Source: an uncultured Chloroflexia bacterium
GTDB lineage: Bacteria > Chloroflexota > Limnocylindria > Limnocylindrales > CSP1-4
Reading direction: 5' to 3'
Length of the DNA stretch: 64,000 nucleotides
Assembly (NCBI GenBank): GCA_963713975.1
Contig: OY970218.1
Location: 320,001 to 384,000 of the forward strand
This document shows, piece after piece, positions 10,304 through 20,033 of the stretch (positions within the stretch are counted from its first letter, which is position 1; each line of letters starts with the position of its first letter). Both the position numbers and the translations under genes were made by a program. Under the pieces are notes generated by a model, which was not told the DNA's origin, searched no databases, and was given only the letters and a program-made list of their open reading frames with translations.

Positions 10304-11043
10304 ACGCGCGGCTGCGAGCGGTTCCGCCGGCGACCTCCGCCGAAGAAGCTGAGCACCACCATCAGCACGCCAAGGCCGATCACCGCGTAGGGCAGGATCT
10401 CGTCGAAATTCGCGATCGGGCGCCCGGACAGGCCGATCACGCCCTCGAAGAAGAGCGCAAAGCCGCAGAACAACCCGAGCCCGATCAGGGTGAGCCGCAA
10501 GCCATCCGCCACGAGCTCGCCGTCGCGATAGACCAGGCCGTACAGCAGCATGCCCAGGCCGGGACCGGTCGGAGCGACCAGCGCCCAGGCGTAGGCCCAC
10601 GTCGCGTACAGGCCCCATGCGGCCTGGGCCCAGAGCACGAGACCGACCATGGTCACGATGGCGCCGGGGATCGCGAGCCCGAGACCGCCACGCGGCGGGA
10701 TGAAGAAGGAGCCGACGAGCATCGCCACCCCGGGGACCACGATCCACAACGGCCAGGTGATGCCGTCGAAGGAGACCTCGACCACGCGCGCGACCAGGAA
10801 GGCGGCGCCGATCACGACGAGGATGACCCCGGCGACAAGGCCTGGGGGCGTGGAGCGGGCCACCCGCGCCGGCGGGGCGTACGCCGGGGCCACGCCCGGA
10901 GGAGGTACCTGACCCGGAGGAGGCACGTCGCCGGGTGGCGGGGGCGGCCCGGCCGTGCCGCTCCCATCGATCGCAGGGGCGCCCCCGGCCCGGGACTCGT
11001 CCGGGGTCGACCCTGTTCCTCCTGTCGGTTCCTGTATGGTCAT
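10300..11043 (-). CDS. Multi-pass membrane protein (LiaF/LiaI-like TM repeats)
   Basis: About 6-7 TM helices, G-x-x-L-I-x-x-G and WP motifs; GGAGG RBS. Confidence 0.75.
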   Translation of the reverse strand: MTIQEPTGGTGSTPDESRAGGAPAIDGSGTAGPPPPPGDVPPPGQVPPPGVAPAYAPPARVARSTPPGLVAGVILVVIGAAFLVARVVEVSFDGITWPLWIVVPGVAMLVGSFFIPPRGGLGLAIPGAIVTMVGLVLWAQAAWGLYATWAYAWALVAPTGPGLGMLLYGLVYRDGELVADGLRLTLIGLGLFCGFALFFEGVIGLSGRPIANFDEILPYAVIGLGVLMVVLSFFGGGRRRNRSQPRV

Positions 11044-11171
11044 CGGTCAACCTCCCTGCCTGGACCGATCCTACGCCGGAGCAGCGCCCCGGTCACGGCC
11101 GACGGGCGTCCTGTGCACGGGCCACCGCCGCCTGCGATGCCCCCGCTCGTGCTGAGCGGTAGAGTTGGCCG

Positions 11172-12089
11172 ATGCTGGAGGTTCGAGGGCTCACCAAACG
11201 CTACGGGACGGTCACGGCCCTCGATGCCGCCACGTTCAGCGCCAGTCGCGGCCGCCTCGTCGGGTTCCTGGGACCCAACGGCGCCGGGAAGACCACGACC
11301 ATGCGCTGCGTCTTCGGTCTGGCCACCCCGGATGCCGGGGACGTCCGGTGGGACGGCGCGGCGATCGATGCCCGCATCCGCCTCCGCTTCGGGTACATGC
11401 CGGAGCAGCGCGGCCTCTACCCACGAATGCGGGTCGCGGAGCAGCTCGCGTACTTCGGCCAGCACCACGGACTTTCCGCGCGGGACGCAGGGACGCGCGC
11501 GGTCGCGTGGCTCGAGCGATTCGGCCTCGCCGACCGCGCGAAGTCCAGGCTCGAGGATCTTTCACACGGCAACCAGCAGCGAGTCCAGCTGGCCACGGCG
11601 CTGGTGCACGATCCCGAGCTCCTTGTCCTCGACGAGCCGTTCTCCGGCCTCGATCCCCACGGCATCGCCACCATGTCAGAGGTGCTGCGCGAACGGGCGG
11701 CCGCCGGCGTGGGCGTCGTGTTCAGCTCCCACCAGCTGGACCTGGTCGAGGAGGTCTGCGAGGACGTCGTGATCATCAGCCGTGGCCGCGTCGTCGCCGA
11801 GGGCGGCATCGATGAGCTCAAGGCCGCGTCGGGCCGGCGGCACCTCGAGGTCGAGGTCGCGGGCTCAGGCGGTGCGTGGCTCACCGCGGCGAACCACCAG
11901 GTGCTGGAGCAAGACGGAGACCGGGTCAAGGTGCTCGTCGACGAGGGCGTGGACCTGGACGCGCTGCTGGTGGCGGCCAGGGAGGCCGGTGACGTGCGGC
12001 AGTTCAGCTTCGGGCCGCCGAGGCTCTCGGAGCTGTTCATGGAGGCCGTCACGGAGCCCCGGCCCGCCGCCACGGAGGGTGCCCGATGA
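11172..12089 (+). CDS. ABC-2 exporter ATP-binding subunit
   Basis: GPNGAGKTT, LSHGNQQR, LDEPFSGLD. Confidence 0.93.
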   Translation: MLEVRGLTKRYGTVTALDAATFSASRGRLVGFLGPNGAGKTTTMRCVFGLATPDAGDVRWDGAAIDARIRLRFGYMPEQRGLYPRMRVAEQLAYFGQHHGLSARDAGTRAVAWLERFGLADRAKSRLEDLSHGNQQRVQLATALVHDPELLVLDEPFSGLDPHGIATMSEVLRERAAAGVGVVFSSHQLDLVEEVCEDVVIISRGRVVAEGGIDELKAASGRRHLEVEVAGSGGAWLTAANHQVLEQDGDRVKVLVDEGVDLDALLVAAREAGDVRQFSFGPPRLSELFMEAVTEPRPAATEGAR

Positions 12090-13243
12090 GGTCCTGGCGC
12101 GCGGTCCGCCTGGTGGCGATGCGCGAGATCCTCGAACGCGGTCGGACGCGCGGCTACATCCTGTCGCTCGTCTTCACCCTGTTCCTGCTCGCGGCGGGCT
12201 TCATCCTGCCCTCGCTCCTGCTCGTGGACCAGGCTACGAGGCTCGCCTACGTGGAGCCCGTACCGGCGGGCCTCGCTGACCAGGTGGCGACGATCGCAGA
12301 GACCTACGAGCTCAAGCTCGCGACTTCCACCGTCCGGGCCCGGGACGATGCCGTGGCCGCCCTTGAGGCGGACACCATCGATGCCGCGCTCCTGGTCCCG
12401 GCCGACCTCCTGGGCCCCGGTGAGCTCATCGTCCTCGAGGTCGCGAGCCCGCAGCTGCAGGCCGTGACGTCGGCGGCGGTCATCTCGCTCCGGGCCGGGG
12501 GGTCCGCGGGCCTGCTCGCGCCGCCCAGGGTGACAGCCATCTCGCCGCCCACCGACGAGGACATGACCGCGCTGGTCTTCGCCAACGCGGGGATCATCCT
12601 GATGTTCATCGGCATCTTCTCCTACGGCACCTGGGTCCTGACGGGCGTCGTGGAGGAGAAGCAGAGCCGCGTGGTCGAGGTGGTCCTGTCGACCGTGCGG
12701 CCGCGGGACCTGCTGATGGGCAAGGTCATCGGGATCGGTGTGCTCGCGCTGGCGCAGCTGGTGATCCTCGTGGCCGCCGGCATCGTGGTCGCCCAGTTGA
12801 GCGGGCGGCTCGCCCTGCCGCAGACCACCGCGGGCGCCGTGACGCAACTGCTCGTGTGGTTCATGCTCGGGTTCGCGCTGTACGCGACGGCCCTCGGGTT
12901 CCTGGGCTCGCTGGCCTCGCGCCAGGAGGAGGCGTCGAACGCCTCGATGCCGGTGACGATGACCGCGACGGCGTGCTACATCGCCTCGATCGTCCTGGTC
13001 CAGCAGGAGCCGGCGGGGACGCTGGCGCGGATCATGACGTTCTTCCCGCCGGCCGCGCCCATGGTGGTGCCGCTCCGCGTAGCGCTCGATGCCATCGAGC
13101 CCTGGGAGGTCGCCCTCTCGATCGCGATCATGGTGGTGTCGATCTGGCTGATGTTCGTGGTCGGGGCACGCGTCTACGCGGGCGCCGTGCTGCAGATGGG
13201 AAGCCGGATCCGGATCCGCGACGCCTGGCGCGCCCGGAGCTGA
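12086..13243 (+). CDS. ABC-2 exporter permease (NatB/YhaP-like)
   Basis: VVEEKQSRVVEVVLS...LLMGK motif; 6 TM; ATGA overlap. Confidence 0.9.
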   Translation: MRSWRAVRLVAMREILERGRTRGYILSLVFTLFLLAAGFILPSLLLVDQATRLAYVEPVPAGLADQVATIAETYELKLATSTVRARDDAVAALEADTIDAALLVPADLLGPGELIVLEVASPQLQAVTSAAVISLRAGGSAGLLAPPRVTAISPPTDEDMTALVFANAGIILMFIGIFSYGTWVLTGVVEEKQSRVVEVVLSTVRPRDLLMGKVIGIGVLALAQLVILVAAGIVVAQLSGRLALPQTTAGAVTQLLVWFMLGFALYATALGFLGSLASRQEEASNASMPVTMTATACYIASIVLVQQEPAGTLARIMTFFPPAAPMVVPLRVALDAIEPWEVALSIAIMVVSIWLMFVVGARVYAGAVLQMGSRIRIRDAWRARS

Positions 13244-13262
13244 CCATCCGCGGACGCCCCAT

Positions 13263-13883
13263 TCAGCGTCCGGTCGACTGCACCTCCGCCCAGCGGAAGC
13301 ACGCTGTCTCGTGGTCGTTCACCAGGCCGGCCGACTGCATCAGGGCGTAGCAGATCGTCGGTCCCACGAAACGGAACCCGCGAGCCCGGAGATCTCTGCT
13401 CATCGCCCGCGACCTGTCCGTTTCGGCCGGGATCTCGGCCCTGCCCTCGAACCGGTTGACGACCGGCACCCCGCCCACGAAGGACCACAGGTGGTCCACG
13501 AGGGTCAAGCCCCCGGCTTGGAGCGCGAGCGTCGCTCGGGCATTGCCGATCGCGGCGCCCACCTTGGCTCGGTTGCGGACGATCCCGGGATCGCCCAGGA
13601 GACGGTCGACATCGGCCCCGTCGAATGCCGCGACCGACGCGACGTCGAAGTCCGCGAATGCCCGCCGGTAGCCCTCGCGCTTGCGCAGGATGGTGGACCA
13701 GGACAGGCCGGCCTGGGCACCTTCGAGGATGAGCAGCTCGAACAGGTGCCGCTCGTCACGGATGGGAACGCCCCATTCCAGGTCATGGTAGGCGCGATAC
13801 CGGGCATCTGGCCCGGATCCCCACTGGCAGCGGCCGATGGTCTGTCCGGCCGGGGCCGGTATGGCTTGCGTCACGTCGCTCAT
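13263..13883 (-). CDS. tag: DNA-3-methyladenine glycosylase I
   Basis: YHDLEWG, LEGAQAGLSW, GIVRNRAK, GFRFVGPT, NDH...C. Confidence 0.95.
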   Translation of the reverse strand: MSDVTQAIPAPAGQTIGRCQWGSGPDARYRAYHDLEWGVPIRDERHLFELLILEGAQAGLSWSTILRKREGYRRAFADFDVASVAAFDGADVDRLLGDPGIVRNRAKVGAAIGNARATLALQAGGLTLVDHLWSFVGGVPVVNRFEGRAEIPAETDRSRAMSRDLRARGFRFVGPTICYALMQSAGLVNDHETACFRWAEVQSTGR

Positions 13884-13997
13884 GCCGGGATTCTGGACCG
13901 GATCACTCATCGGCCGCTCAACTCCCGCACACGGGGCCCTTGCACCATCCGCGTATCATCCGGCCAAGATCTGGCAACCGCACCAGGGAGATCCAAC

Positions 13998-14561
13998 CTG
14001 AGCGAGCGCGATCCGTATGCGGTCGTCGGCCTCCCCGTCCATGCGAGCGCGGAGGCGATCCACGTCGCTTGTCGGGATCTCGCGCGCCGTTACCACCCGG
14101 ACGTGTCGACCTCCCCCGACGCCCAGCGCCGCATGGCCGAGATCAACGCGGCCTGCACGATCCTGCGTGATCCGGACAAGAGGGTAGCCTGGGACCAGGC
14201 CCACCTGCGCGTGCCCGGCACGGTCGTCCGTTCGCCGGCGGCTCCCGGTCAGGGCAGCGACTCGTCCGTCCCGGGCGGCCCTCCAGACGGTCCCGTCGCG
14301 TGGCGCCGGGGCCCCTTCGGCGAGGGTGGAGCCGGCCCGCCCCCGGGCCCCCGCCGCGGCTCGGTCCTGCCATTCGGCCGCCACATCGGCTGGTCCCTCG
14401 GCGAGATCGCGCGCGTGGATCCCGGCTACCTCGCCTGGCTCCGGGACCGGCGGGAGGGGACACCCTGGCGCGCAGAGATCACCGCGCTGCTCGACGGCAT
14501 GCGGCGGCCGGGAGATCCGGCTGCTGCCCCAGCGCGCCGGCGGCGCGGCCTGTTCGGCTGA
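13998..14561 (+). CDS. J-domain (DnaJ-type) protein with C-terminal PFG-x-H-x-G (DUF3820/ExoX-C-like) domain
   Basis: DPYAVVGL...YHPD...MAEINAA...LRDP; C-terminal LPFGRHIGWSLGEIARVDPGYLAWL; probable CTG start after GGGAG. Confidence 0.78.
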   Translation: MSERDPYAVVGLPVHASAEAIHVACRDLARRYHPDVSTSPDAQRRMAEINAACTILRDPDKRVAWDQAHLRVPGTVVRSPAAPGQGSDSSVPGGPPDGPVAWRRGPFGEGGAGPPPGPRRGSVLPFGRHIGWSLGEIARVDPGYLAWLRDRREGTPWRAEITALLDGMRRPGDPAAAPARRRRGLFG

Positions 14562-14609
14562 TCCGGCTCGCCACGCCCATCGGGCGGCCGGGCCCAGGCG
14601 ACCATCGCC

Positions 14610-15158
14610 TCAGCCCCCGACGGCCTCGACCTCGGCCAGGAAGGCCACGATCCGGTCCAGTGCCGTCTCGCGCATCGGGAGCAGCCCGTGCCCCACTTTG
14701 GGCCACGTCTCGAGGCGACCACGCACGAGCATCGGCATGGCGGCGTCCAGGAGGTCGATCCGCGCGAACGGGTCGGATGTGCCGGACAGGAGCAGCGTCG
14801 GGATCCGGATCTGCGACCAGTGCCCCGTCCGCGCCGCCGCCGTCTCGGGCGCGCCGGGACGGTGGAGAGGGTAGCTGAGGCAGACGAGTGCCGCGTACCG
14901 TCGTTGGGGCGCACCGTCGGGCCTGTCCACGCCGGCTGCAGAGAGCGAGGCGACCCGCCCGCCGAATGAGTGCCCGCCCACCACGACACCGGGCTCGTCG
15001 GGCACCTGCGCCTCGAACGCAGCGACCGCATCCTCTGCCCTGCGTCGCGGCAGCGTGAGCGCGTGCGCCTCGAAGCCTCGGGCAGAGAGGCCATCGACCC
15101 ATGGGGCCATCGACGTGGCGCTGCCGGACGCCCCATGCCCGAGATAGATCCGCAACAT
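14610..15158 (-). CDS. Small alpha/beta hydrolase
   Basis: HGA oxyanion loop, GGHSFGG nucleophile elbow, SGTSDPF, GH. Confidence 0.88.
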   Translation of the reverse strand: MLRIYLGHGASGSATSMAPWVDGLSARGFEAHALTLPRRRAEDAVAAFEAQVPDEPGVVVGGHSFGGRVASLSAAGVDRPDGAPQRRYAALVCLSYPLHRPGAPETAAARTGHWSQIRIPTLLLSGTSDPFARIDLLDAAMPMLVRGRLETWPKVGHGLLPMRETALDRIVAFLAEVEAVGG

Positions 15159-15265
15159 GCGCCCACGGTACGCCACCGGCATGGCATGCTGGTACCCCGG
15201 TCCGGTGGCGGCATGGTCCCGTCGGCCCATGGCCGGTGCGCGACGACACCTCCACAATCGGGAGC

Positions 15266-16831
15266 ATGGGCATCGCCAGACAGCACAGTCCGACGCCCGG
15301 ACACGATCGACCCGCCCGCTGGCTGACCGCCGGCCTGGTCGCAGCCTCGATCCTCGCCGCCACGGTGATGCCGGCCCTCGCCGCCGATCCCGGGGCGACG
15401 CCGGTCCCGGCTGCCCAGGTGAACCCGTTGGACGCCGCAACCCCGACGCCCACGGCGACCCCGTCCGCGTCGCCGACTCCGATGCCGTCGGCATCGCCGA
15501 GCCCGACGGCCACCCCGGATCCCGCCCCCGATCCCACCGCGTCGCCCACGCCCGCGCCGGACCCGACGCCAACCCCCACGCCCGCACCCTGGCCGACCCC
15601 CGAGCTGCCCACGGCCGTGACCACCCTGGACAGCCACGTCACGTTCTACGGCCAGGGCTACGGCCACGGCGTGGGCATGAGCCAGTACGGTGCCAAGGGC
15701 CGCGCGGAGGCCGGCCAGACCGCGGAGCAGATCCTGGCCGCCTACTTCGAAGGCTCCACCCTGTCCACGGTCACACCGACGCGCGCCGTCCGGGCCCTGG
15801 TGCTGTCCGGCTTCGCGGCCCCGGCGCCATCGTCACCGCTGGTCATCCGCGGCCGCTACGGCCGGTGGGGGCTGTCCGGCACCGACAAGACGTTTCCCGC
15901 CGGCGCACGGCTCAAGGTCTGGCGGACCACGACGACGGTCGATGGGGCCAGGAAGACCACCTGGAAGGCAAAGGTCTACACGAGCAACAACAAGACCCTC
16001 CTGTACGCAGCGACCCTCACCGGCAAGCCGGTCGTGCGACCGCTGTCGGCCGCGACGCGCCTGAAGGCCGTCTCGCGGCCCGGTTCCTACGACACGTACC
16101 GGGGCACGCTCACGCTGCTCCTCGGCGCCAGCACGGCGAGCGTGGTCAACACGCTGGGCCTGGATGACTACCTCCGGGGCGTGGTGCCCGTGGAGATGCC
16201 ATCAAGCTGGCCGATCGAGGCGCTGCGGGCGCAGGCGATCGCCGCCCGGAGCTATGCCGTCAAGGAGCTCAACCCGGACACCGGCAACTACGATGTCTTC
16301 GACGACACGCGGTCGCAGGTCTATCGGGGCGTCAAGGCGGAGCGATCCGTGAGCGATGCGATCATCGCCGCCGAGCCGGGCGCGGTCCTGCGCTACGGGA
16401 CCAAGGTGCTGAAGGCCTTCTTCCACTCCACTGGTGGCGGGGCGACGGAGAACAACGAGTACGCCTTCGTGGGCTCGAGTGGCAATCCGGGCACGAAGGT
16501 GGGCTACCTGCGAGGGATCGCGGATCGCGCGGCGGACGGTGTTCCGTATGACGCCGCCGCACCCTACTACCGCTGGTCCACGAGCAGCCTGACCCGCGCA
16601 CAGCTCTCTGCGATGCTCGCCAGGGACAGCCGGACGAAGGTGGGCGACGTGACGCGGCTCGACCTGCGGAGGCGCGGCGTCTCGGGTCGGCTGTACCAGG
16701 TGGTGCTGTACGGCTCGTCGGGGACAAAGACCGTCTCGGCCGACGTCTTCCGATACGTCTACAACGCGTACCGGCCGTCGGGCACGGCGATGCTCCGCAG
16801 CAACCTGTTCACGACCACGCCGCTCCCCTGA
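15266..16831 (+). CDS. SpoIID/LytB-domain peptidoglycan lytic transglycosylase, secreted, with Pro/Thr linker
   Basis: Signal peptide; GYGHGVGMSQYGA, YLRGVVPVEM, ALRAQAIAARSY, SQVY. Confidence 0.9.
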   Translation: MGIARQHSPTPGHDRPARWLTAGLVAASILAATVMPALAADPGATPVPAAQVNPLDAATPTPTATPSASPTPMPSASPSPTATPDPAPDPTASPTPAPDPTPTPTPAPWPTPELPTAVTTLDSHVTFYGQGYGHGVGMSQYGAKGRAEAGQTAEQILAAYFEGSTLSTVTPTRAVRALVLSGFAAPAPSSPLVIRGRYGRWGLSGTDKTFPAGARLKVWRTTTTVDGARKTTWKAKVYTSNNKTLLYAATLTGKPVVRPLSAATRLKAVSRPGSYDTYRGTLTLLLGASTASVVNTLGLDDYLRGVVPVEMPSSWPIEALRAQAIAARSYAVKELNPDTGNYDVFDDTRSQVYRGVKAERSVSDAIIAAEPGAVLRYGTKVLKAFFHSTGGGATENNEYAFVGSSGNPGTKVGYLRGIADRAADGVPYDAAAPYYRWSTSSLTRAQLSAMLARDSRTKVGDVTRLDLRRRGVSGRLYQVVLYGSSGTKTVSADVFRYVYNAYRPSGTAMLRSNLFTTTPLP

Positions 16832-16885
16832 CGGCTGCGTCCGGGCGTTCGGCAGACGTTCCCCAGGCGCTCGCCGTCCGGCGCC

Positions 16886-17752
16886 TCAGAGCTCGCGTCT
16901 ACGGAACATGGCGATCCCACCCAGCAGGACCAGCAGGACCCAGGCCACGGCCCAGGCCATGAACGCGGCCGGCGGCGGCGCGTCTGCGAAGAACGGGTTG
17001 GCGCGCATGGCCTCGACGTCGCGGCTGGCCGCCATCAGCAGCACCACCGGTGGCTCGAGTCCGTAGATCACACCGCGCCACAGGCCGTCCGTGGGGATCA
17101 GCACCCGGGCCGCGTCGCCAACGCCGGCCAGCGGCGCCGCCCCGAAGGCAACGGCGACATTGCCCAGGACGCCGGCGAACCAGCCGAGACCGAACACGAC
17201 GACGGTGATCGCCCCGGCGGCGATCGCCGGCAGGCGCGTGCCGAGCGCGAGGGCCAGCGTCATCACCACCACTGCCTCGAGGGCCAGGTACCCGACGGCC
17301 ACCAGTGGCGCAGGCGGAAGGTGGCCGCTGACGAGGGCCACCGCACCGATGGCAAGCAGCCCCGACAGGACCGCGTACCCGGAGACGACGACCGCCAGCC
17401 CGAGCCAGCGCCCGATCACGAGATCCGACCGCCGCATGGGGCGCGCCAGCATCGCGTGGACCGTGCCGGTCTCCACGTCCGATGCGATCGCGGGTGCGGC
17501 CAGGAACGCGGCCGACATCGCGAGCACGAAGCTGAACATGAAGGCGATCATGATCAGGACCTGGCTCACACCGATCCGGATCTCGAGCTCCTCGACATGC
17601 TCCATGCGGGCCGTCGCGACCAGCCGGTCCACCCCCCAGCCCACCAGGATGACGCTCCCCACCGACAGGGCCAGGAGGACCCACAGGATCCGGCGGCGGG
17701 CGATCTCGCGCAGGGTCAGGCCGGCGATCGCAAGGACCAGGCGCGCGCTCAC
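16886..17752 (-). CDS. ABC-2 exporter permease
   Basis: IASDVETGTVHAMLARPMRR motif; 6 TM; GTGA overlap with the ATPase stop. Confidence 0.88.
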   Translation of the reverse strand: MSARLVLAIAGLTLREIARRRILWVLLALSVGSVILVGWGVDRLVATARMEHVEELEIRIGVSQVLIMIAFMFSFVLAMSAAFLAAPAIASDVETGTVHAMLARPMRRSDLVIGRWLGLAVVVSGYAVLSGLLAIGAVALVSGHLPPAPLVAVGYLALEAVVVMTLALALGTRLPAIAAGAITVVVFGLGWFAGVLGNVAVAFGAAPLAGVGDAARVLIPTDGLWRGVIYGLEPPVVLLMAASRDVEAMRANPFFADAPPPAAFMAWAVAWVLLVLLGGIAMFRRREL

Positions 17753-18681
17753 CCGTGGGTCTCCCCGGGCCCGCCCGGCGCGGCCACACCACGGACAAGC
17801 CCCAGGAACAGGTCCTCGAGCGAGCGGCGTGCCGGGTCCACCGCGTGGACCCGGCCTCCCGCGACGACGACGGCTGCCACGATGTCCGGTATCCGATCGG
17901 GATCCACCGGGCGGACGACCCGCCACTCTCCTTCGATGGTCACGTGGCCAAAGGTGTCCAGTGTCGAGTCACCAGGGGCGAGGCCGGTGACACGCAGGCG
18001 GACCGCCTGCTCGCCCAGCAGGTCGCCCAGGGACCCGGCAGCTACCACCCTCCCGTGGTTGATGATTGCGACGCGGTCACACAGCCGTTCCACCTCGCCA
18101 AGGAGGTGCGAGTTCAGCAGCACCGCGGATCCCCGCTCGCGCGCACCTCGGATGATCGAGCGCACGTCCTCACGCCCGAGCGGGTCGAGCGCCGACGTGG
18201 GCTCGTCCAGGATCACCAGCGCTGGGTCACCGAGCAGCGCCGTGGCGAGGCCGAGCCGCTGCTGCATGCCCTTGGAAAAGCCGCCGATCCGCTCCCGGTC
18301 GCGGTCCGCCAGCCCGACGAGGTCGAGCACGCGGTCAACCTCCGGCCGCCGGCCGGCTGCGGGCAACCCGGCGAGGTGCGCGTGCAGTCCAAGCACCTCG
18401 CGGGCCGTGAGCCACGGCTGGTAGCGGAACAGCTCCGGGAGGTAGCCGATCCGTCGCCGCGCCTCGCGGTCGCCAACCGGCCGGTCCAGCACGGTGCCCC
18501 CGCCACCCGTGGGGCGCGTCAGCCCGAGGAGCAGCTTGACGGCCGTCGTCTTGCCCGCGCCGTTGGGGCCCAGGAAGCCGAAGACCTCGCCGGCCTCCAC
18601 CCGCAGGTCGAGCGCCTCGAGCGCGACGGTGCTGCCATAGGTCTTGCGCAGGCCCCGGGTCTCGACGGCGGGGGAGGTCAT
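17749..18681 (-). CDS. ABC-2 exporter ATP-binding subunit
   Basis: GPNGAGKTT, FSKGMQQR, LDEPTSALD. Confidence 0.93.
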   Translation of the reverse strand: MTSPAVETRGLRKTYGSTVALEALDLRVEAGEVFGFLGPNGAGKTTAVKLLLGLTRPTGGGGTVLDRPVGDREARRRIGYLPELFRYQPWLTAREVLGLHAHLAGLPAAGRRPEVDRVLDLVGLADRDRERIGGFSKGMQQRLGLATALLGDPALVILDEPTSALDPLGREDVRSIIRGARERGSAVLLNSHLLGEVERLCDRVAIINHGRVVAAGSLGDLLGEQAVRLRVTGLAPGDSTLDTFGHVTIEGEWRVVRPVDPDRIPDIVAAVVVAGGRVHAVDPARRSLEDLFLGLVRGVAAPGGPGETHG

Positions 18682-18807
18682 GCCTGCATTCTCGGGCCGA
18701 TGGCGGGATCCGTCATCCGGCGTGACAGGCTAGATGGCACAGACGGGCTGGAGGATCGGCGCATGAGGAACGCGCTCCCGCTCCCACGCCACCAGGAGAT
18801 CGGCCCG

Positions 18808-18948
18808 ATGCTGTTCACGGACTGCCCGCTGTGTGACCAGCCGGCCTCCGTCGACGAATCCTCGGGTGTCGTCGAATGTCCCGCCTGCGCCGTGCGCCTG
18901 GAGATCGCCGAGGAGCGGGAGGTGATGACGCTGGCCGCGGCTGCCTGA
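18808..18948 (+). CDS. 46-aa zinc-ribbon small protein (CPLC...CPAC), ends LAAAA
   Basis: AGGAG RBS at 18794-18798; ATG 18808; two CxxC pairs; fills an intergenic gap. Confidence 0.65.
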   Translation: MLFTDCPLCDQPASVDESSGVVECPACAVRLEIAEEREVMTLAAAA

Positions 18949-18962
18949 CCGCCTGGGCGGGA

Positions 18963-20033
18963 TCAGCCCTCGACCAGCCAGCACGCTGCCCGGTGGCCAT
19001 CCCCAACGTCGAACAGCGGGGGCTCCTCGACCTTGCATCGGTCGAAGGCGACGGGACACCGCGGGTGGAACCGGCATCCGGTCGGGATGTGCGCGGCATC
19101 CGGCGTCTCTCCCTGCAGGATGGTCCGCGCGGCTCGCGTTCCCTCCTCCGGCGGATCCGGCGACGGGCTCACCGAGACGAGCGCCTGCGTGTACGGGTTG
19201 CGCGGATGCTTGATGACCTGTTCCGCGGGTCCGATCTCCAGGATGCGGCCCAGGTACATGACCGCGATCCGGTCGGCCAGCACCCAGGCCACGGACAGGT
19301 CGTGGGTGATGAACAGGTAGGCCAGTCCCCGCTCGCTCCGGAGGTCGAGCATCAGGCGCAGGAGCTCCGTGCGGATCGAGACATCCAGCATGGAGACCGG
19401 CTCGTCGGCGACCACGAGGTCGGGGTTCATCACCAGCGCCCCGGCGATCACCACGCGCTGCCGCTGGCCGCCGGACAGCTCGTGGGGGAAGCGGCTGGCG
19501 AAGTCGGCCGCCGGGCGCAGGCCCGCAGTCTCGAGCGCGGCCAGGACCCGCTCGTCGCGGTCCTGGCGCGAGGTCCCGATCCCGTTGACCTCCAGCGGCT
19601 CGCGCACGAACTCGCCGATCGAGTGCTTGGGATTGAGGGTCTCGTAGGGGTCCTGGAAGATCAGCTGGACGCGACGCCGGTAGCCCTTCAGCTTGCTCGA
19701 GCCCCACAGGTCGGTGACGTCGTCGCCATCGAACACCACCCGTCCGCCGGTCTGCTGGGTGAGCTTGACGACCACGCGGCCCGTGGTCGTCTTGCCGGAG
19801 CCGGACTCTCCCACGAGGCCCACGATCTCGCCCTTGTTGATCGTCAGGTCGATCCCGTCCACCGCTCGCACGAAGCCACGCGGGCGCCTCCGGATCTGGT
19901 CGAGCAGACCGCCCCGGACCGGGAAGAAGACCTCAAGGCCCTCGAGCCGCAGCAACTCCTGGTCCGGCTTCGCGTCCGACGCCGCTGTCGCCGAGGCAGG
20001 CTCGACGCCGGGAGTGGGCCGGTCATCGGTCAT
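18963..20033 (-). CDS. oppF: Oligopeptide/dipeptide ABC ATPase (OppF/DppF)
   Basis: GESGSGKTT, LSGGQRQR, C-terminal GCRFHPRC. Confidence 0.92.
   Translation of the reverse strand: MTDDRPTPGVEPASATAASDAKPDQELLRLEGLEVFFPVRGGLLDQIRRRPRGFVRAVDGIDLTINKGEIVGLVGESGSGKTTTGRVVVKLTQQTGGRVVFDGDDVTDLWGSSKLKGYRRRVQLIFQDPYETLNPKHSIGEFVREPLEVNGIGTSRQDRDERVLAALETAGLRPAADFASRFPHELSGGQRQRVVIAGALVMNPDLVVADEPVSMLDVSIRTELLRLMLDLRSERGLAYLFITHDLSVAWVLADRIAVMYLGRILEIGPAEQVIKHPRNPYTQALVSVSPSPDPPEEGTRAARTILQGETPDAAHIPTGCRFHPRCPVAFDRCKVEEPPLFDVGDGHRAACWLVEG

Noticed and set aside
15266-16831. SpoIID as evidence of sporulation
   Set aside because: SpoIID/LytB domains are widespread in non-sporulating bacteria, and no other spo genes are present.
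18808-18948. LysW carrier protein
   Set aside because: Lacks the C-terminal EDWGE and has no lysX/argX neighbours.
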